A stretch of DNA of 56,445 nt, taken from NCBI GenBank assembly GCA_964433225.1, contig CAYSQA010000003.1, positions 1 through 56,445 on the forward strand. Direction: 5' to 3'. The stretch is from an uncultured Pseudomonadales bacterium (GTDB lineage: Bacteria > Patescibacteriota > Microgenomatia > UBA1400 > PJMF01). A program made the translations under genes and the position numbers. Below are positions 53,865 to 56,445 of this stretch, in pieces. The notes below the pieces were generated by a model, which saw only the letters and a program-made list of their open reading frames with translations, was not told the DNA's origin and did no database searches. Each line of letters starts with the position of its first letter. Position 1 is the stretch's first letter.

Positions 53865-54329
53865 ATGTCAGATTTAATTTTTGAAGGTAAATATTTTACG
53901 GTTGAAAGGCACCCACAACCATTTGTTGATCGAGCAGAAGGTGGCCATATTAGAATTTTCCCTAAAGATCATAGTATTTCTGAAAGAAGAGAACTTAATT
54001 TAGAAGAAGCAATAGAATTTATGAAGTTGAGCAGTGCCACTGGAGAAGCACTAGAATTGGCTATGAATGAATTGGGTATTCCAGTGGTAAAAATCAATTA
54101 TGAAGACTTGGGTAATTGGGCTTTTAAACGGGGAGAACGACCAGTGTTACATTTACATATTTTTGGTCGAGCAGAAAACTCAGTTAAACAAAAATTTCCT
54201 GAAGCAGTTTATCTGCCAGATAGAAGTTCTGGATTTTATGATAGTTTTGAGCCTTTAACAACCGAAGACATGAAATTAATTAATAAACATTTGATAGAGA
54301 TTTTAGAAACCAAGTATAAAAATTGGTAG
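53865..54329 (+). CDS. HIT-like protein with degenerate histidine triad
   Basis: GGHIRIFPKDH and VLHLHIFGR match the HIT-family layout, but the triad reads H-L-H-I-F. Confidence 0.5.
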   Translation: MSDLIFEGKYFTVERHPQPFVDRAEGGHIRIFPKDHSISERRELNLEEAIEFMKLSSATGEALELAMNELGIPVVKINYEDLGNWAFKRGERPVLHLHIFGRAENSVKQKFPEAVYLPDRSSGFYDSFEPLTTEDMKLINKHLIEILETKYKNW

Positions 54330-54330
54330 T

Positions 54331-56097
54331 TTAATAATTACTCTGATCACACCAGCTAACTAAAATCTGGTCGTTTTTGTAATTTAAATAGATAAAATCC
54401 TTTGGACAGTTTTTGGGGTCGGCTTGTTCTAGTCTGTTTTTTTCATTCAAGTTTAGAATAGTCATTACCGTGCCATCTGCTGCATAAAGTTTGAGATTGC
54501 TAACAGCTGGGATTAAAGCTGAAGTGTTTAGTTTTTGGTCTGTTAATACATAGATTTTATTTTCCACTGGAATTTTCTTAATGCTGGCAATTAGTTTAGC
54601 TGAATAGTTTACATATAATTTTTGGTCATTAACTGATTGATAAGTTAACCAAATTGAAGGCAAACTTAAAATAATTAAACTAACTAGTAATTTAGTTGTT
54701 AGTTTTGGCTGAGTTTTTAACCATAATAATATGGAAATGATCAAAGGAATTCTGGCATAAGTAAGAACTTGGATAGTGTTCCAAACAACTCCTGACTGTA
54801 GAAAAATTACTGGAAAAGTAATACTAACCAAAATTATTGGCAAGAGTAATTGATTATGTTTTTTTGAGTTTTTAAAAATAGCAAATATAAAAGGTAGTAA
54901 GACTAAACCAAAGTTACCAATCAAAAAAATTATTAATCCATAGACCCAGTGTTTAATTAAATGAAGAATAGAGCCAAATTGGAGATAGTGTTGTCTTTGT
55001 AATTCCCAAGTATCAAAGTTAAGACGATCTGGGGCTGTGAACATTTGTTGAATAAACCAACCAGGACTAGTAAAAAAAGGAGTTTGTTTACTATTACTGC
55101 CAAGCATAAAAACAGTAAGTGATAGTAGTAAACCAGTAATTATTGGTAACACAAATTTTTTTGTTTGATTTTTATTCTGCCAAAGGCTTAATAAAAAACT
55201 TGGCAAAATAACTAAAATTGAATAAATCTTAATTCCCACTAGAGCAGCTAATAAATAAATTTCTTTTATAGAATAATCTTTCTTTTTTAGAAAAAAATAA
55301 ATTAGGACATTTAAAATCGCAACAGATAACACTAGTTGTGGATTGATTAAATAGGTAGCTGGTTGATCTAACCAAAACATACTAGGGTGAATCTTGGCAT
55401 TAGGAAATAACCAAGCTAACAACTGTGGCTGAGCTGAGTAAGTACTAAGTAAAATGGTAGCTAATGAGATATGGATTGAGTTACTAAAAATAATTTTTGC
55501 TAATAAATAATTAGATAAAACGAAGCTGGTACCAATAATTAGAGGAATATAAAAAATGGCTAATTGTAGAGTATTAATGGTAGTAAAACTGCTGAGTAAA
55601 GCAAAATATAAATCAGTAAAATAATGATAACCTTTTAACTGTGTACCTGAAAAAACAGGATTTTCTGGAGGAATATTTTCTTGCAAACTATTTTGTAGGG
55701 CTGCATGCCAAAGTGAATCATGGGCATTAGCTACATGGAAAAAGGTTAATCCAGTCTTAGTGTTATAACTTTGTTGGTAAGAATAAAAAGTGAGAGCCAG
55801 CAAACTAATTAATAGTGAACTTAATACTAACCAGTCTAGTTTTATTTTTTTTAGTTTTAAGTTATTAATTTTTTTTCGCCAATAAAATAATAAACCAGTA
55901 AAAATAATTAAAAATAAATAAAGAGGTTTAAATGGGAAAATAAAAGATAAAAGGAAAACACTAAAAGCAATAACTGGAGGACTAATAATAAAAGCAATAA
56001 TTAATTTATTGGTGGTTAATTTTTCTGTTTGAAAAAAAGCTAGGCCAGAAACTATGGTTAGAAGTAAAAAAACTATCAGCAGAATCAATTGAATCAT
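54331..56097 (-). CDS. Large polytopic membrane protein, GT-C glycosyltransferase-like architecture (588 aa)
   Basis: At least 12 hydrophobic segments followed by a C-terminal soluble domain. No catalytic motif confidently read. Confidence 0.6.
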   Translation of the reverse strand: MIQLILLIVFLLLTIVSGLAFFQTEKLTTNKLIIAFIISPPVIAFSVFLLSFIFPFKPLYLFLIIFTGLLFYWRKKINNLKLKKIKLDWLVLSSLLISLLALTFYSYQQSYNTKTGLTFFHVANAHDSLWHAALQNSLQENIPPENPVFSGTQLKGYHYFTDLYFALLSSFTTINTLQLAIFYIPLIIGTSFVLSNYLLAKIIFSNSIHISLATILLSTYSAQPQLLAWLFPNAKIHPSMFWLDQPATYLINPQLVLSVAILNVLIYFFLKKKDYSIKEIYLLAALVGIKIYSILVILPSFLLSLWQNKNQTKKFVLPIITGLLLSLTVFMLGSNSKQTPFFTSPGWFIQQMFTAPDRLNFDTWELQRQHYLQFGSILHLIKHWVYGLIIFLIGNFGLVLLPFIFAIFKNSKKHNQLLLPIILVSITFPVIFLQSGVVWNTIQVLTYARIPLIISILLWLKTQPKLTTKLLVSLIILSLPSIWLTYQSVNDQKLYVNYSAKLIASIKKIPVENKIYVLTDQKLNTSALIPAVSNLKLYAADGTVMTILNLNEKNRLEQADPKNCPKDFIYLNYKNDQILVSWCDQSNY

Positions 56098-56121
56098 TTA
56101 GAAAATATTGTAGCAGTTTTT

Positions 56122-56364
56122 TTAATCTTCTTCTGTTTCGGCTGCTTTTTCTGCAGCTACTGCCGTAGCGATTGCTAGAAGATCTAAACCATTTTTTTTA
56201 GCTTCTTTGATAAAAGCATCAACATTTTGATCAGTAATACTAGAAGATTTTTCAGTACTTGGCTTACTAGGTTTAGAGGTTTTGGTAGCATCATTTTGCC
56301 TGGCTCTAATATCAGCAGCTATAGAGTTATCTCTAGCTATTGCTTTTCTTAATCTTTCACTCAC
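56122..56364 (-). CDS. Hypothetical small protein (80 aa, low complexity)
   Basis: GTG-initiated ORF with a Ser/Lys-rich centre and an Ala-rich acidic C-terminus. Confidence 0.45.
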   Translation of the reverse strand: MSERLRKAIARDNSIAADIRARQNDATKTSKPSKPSTEKSSSITDQNVDAFIKEAKKNGLDLLAIATAVAAEKAAETEED

Positions 56365-56445
56365 GTGGTTATTATAACATTTTAACGAATGAGCCCCAGG
56401 TTAAAACCTGAGGCCCAGACACATTATTTTTTATTTGCCTCCCTA

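Noticed and set aside
1-56445. Search for CRISPR arrays, tRNA or rRNA genes, IS elements, integrases, prophage or known defence and toxin-antitoxin modules.
   Set aside because: I saw no direct-repeat/spacer periodicity, no cloverleaf-compatible intergenic sequence, and no recombinase, transposase, restriction or toxin-like motifs. rmuC is the only gene sometimes found near defence islands, and here its neighbours are housekeeping genes.

Overview
This 56.4 kb window is an AT-rich, tightly packed bacterial chromosome segment with about 57 protein-coding genes. Most intergenic gaps are under 100 nt, and several gene pairs overlap by 4-17 nt. By eye I found no rRNA, tRNA, CRISPR array, transposase or integrase, and no recognisable defence system. 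The content is housekeeping plus cell envelope. It includes upp, a malic enzyme, an RRM/RGG RNA-binding protein, a fused double ATP-grasp ligase, xseA-xseB, dnaG and gdh. A CsoR-family repressor with its own palindromic operator sits next to trxA-trxB. A polyprenyl-phosphate glycosylation block carries galU, a DPPR-synthase-like UbiA enzyme, a WecA/MraY-like transferase, a GT-C enzyme and a processive GT2. The remaining genes are tatD-metG, rmuC, aspS, a DD-carboxypeptidase, gltX, ybeY-dnaX-ybaB, rdgB, a pgk / RHH-nucleotidyltransferase / glpX / fba block, tspO, a 1380-aa Ig-repeat surface protein, a hisC-like aminotransferase and pyrE-pyrF. The streamlined aaRS genes, salvage-type metabolism, many membrane glycosyltransferases and the giant surface protein suggest a reduced-genome, possibly Patescibacteria/CPR-like organism; this is inference only. 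The best candidate for something undescribed is the largest noncoding gap (29438-29950). It holds a G+C-rich, hairpin-dense element of about 320 nt that I could not assign to any RNA family I know, together with a perfect extended -10 promoter, a strong Shine-Dalgarno and tiny ORFs. Other leads are listed below.
- An RHH DNA-binding domain fused to a degenerate sugar nucleotidyltransferase sits inside the glycolytic operon.
- The fused double ATP-grasp ligase has no assignable substrate.
- The 2-Cys CsoR-like regulator sits beside the thioredoxin genes.
- dnaX contains an A10 slippery run followed by an out-of-frame TAA.
- A triple-hairpin leader with a His-containing mini-ORF precedes the hisC-like gene.
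All functional calls rest on motifs read by eye. No database search was run.
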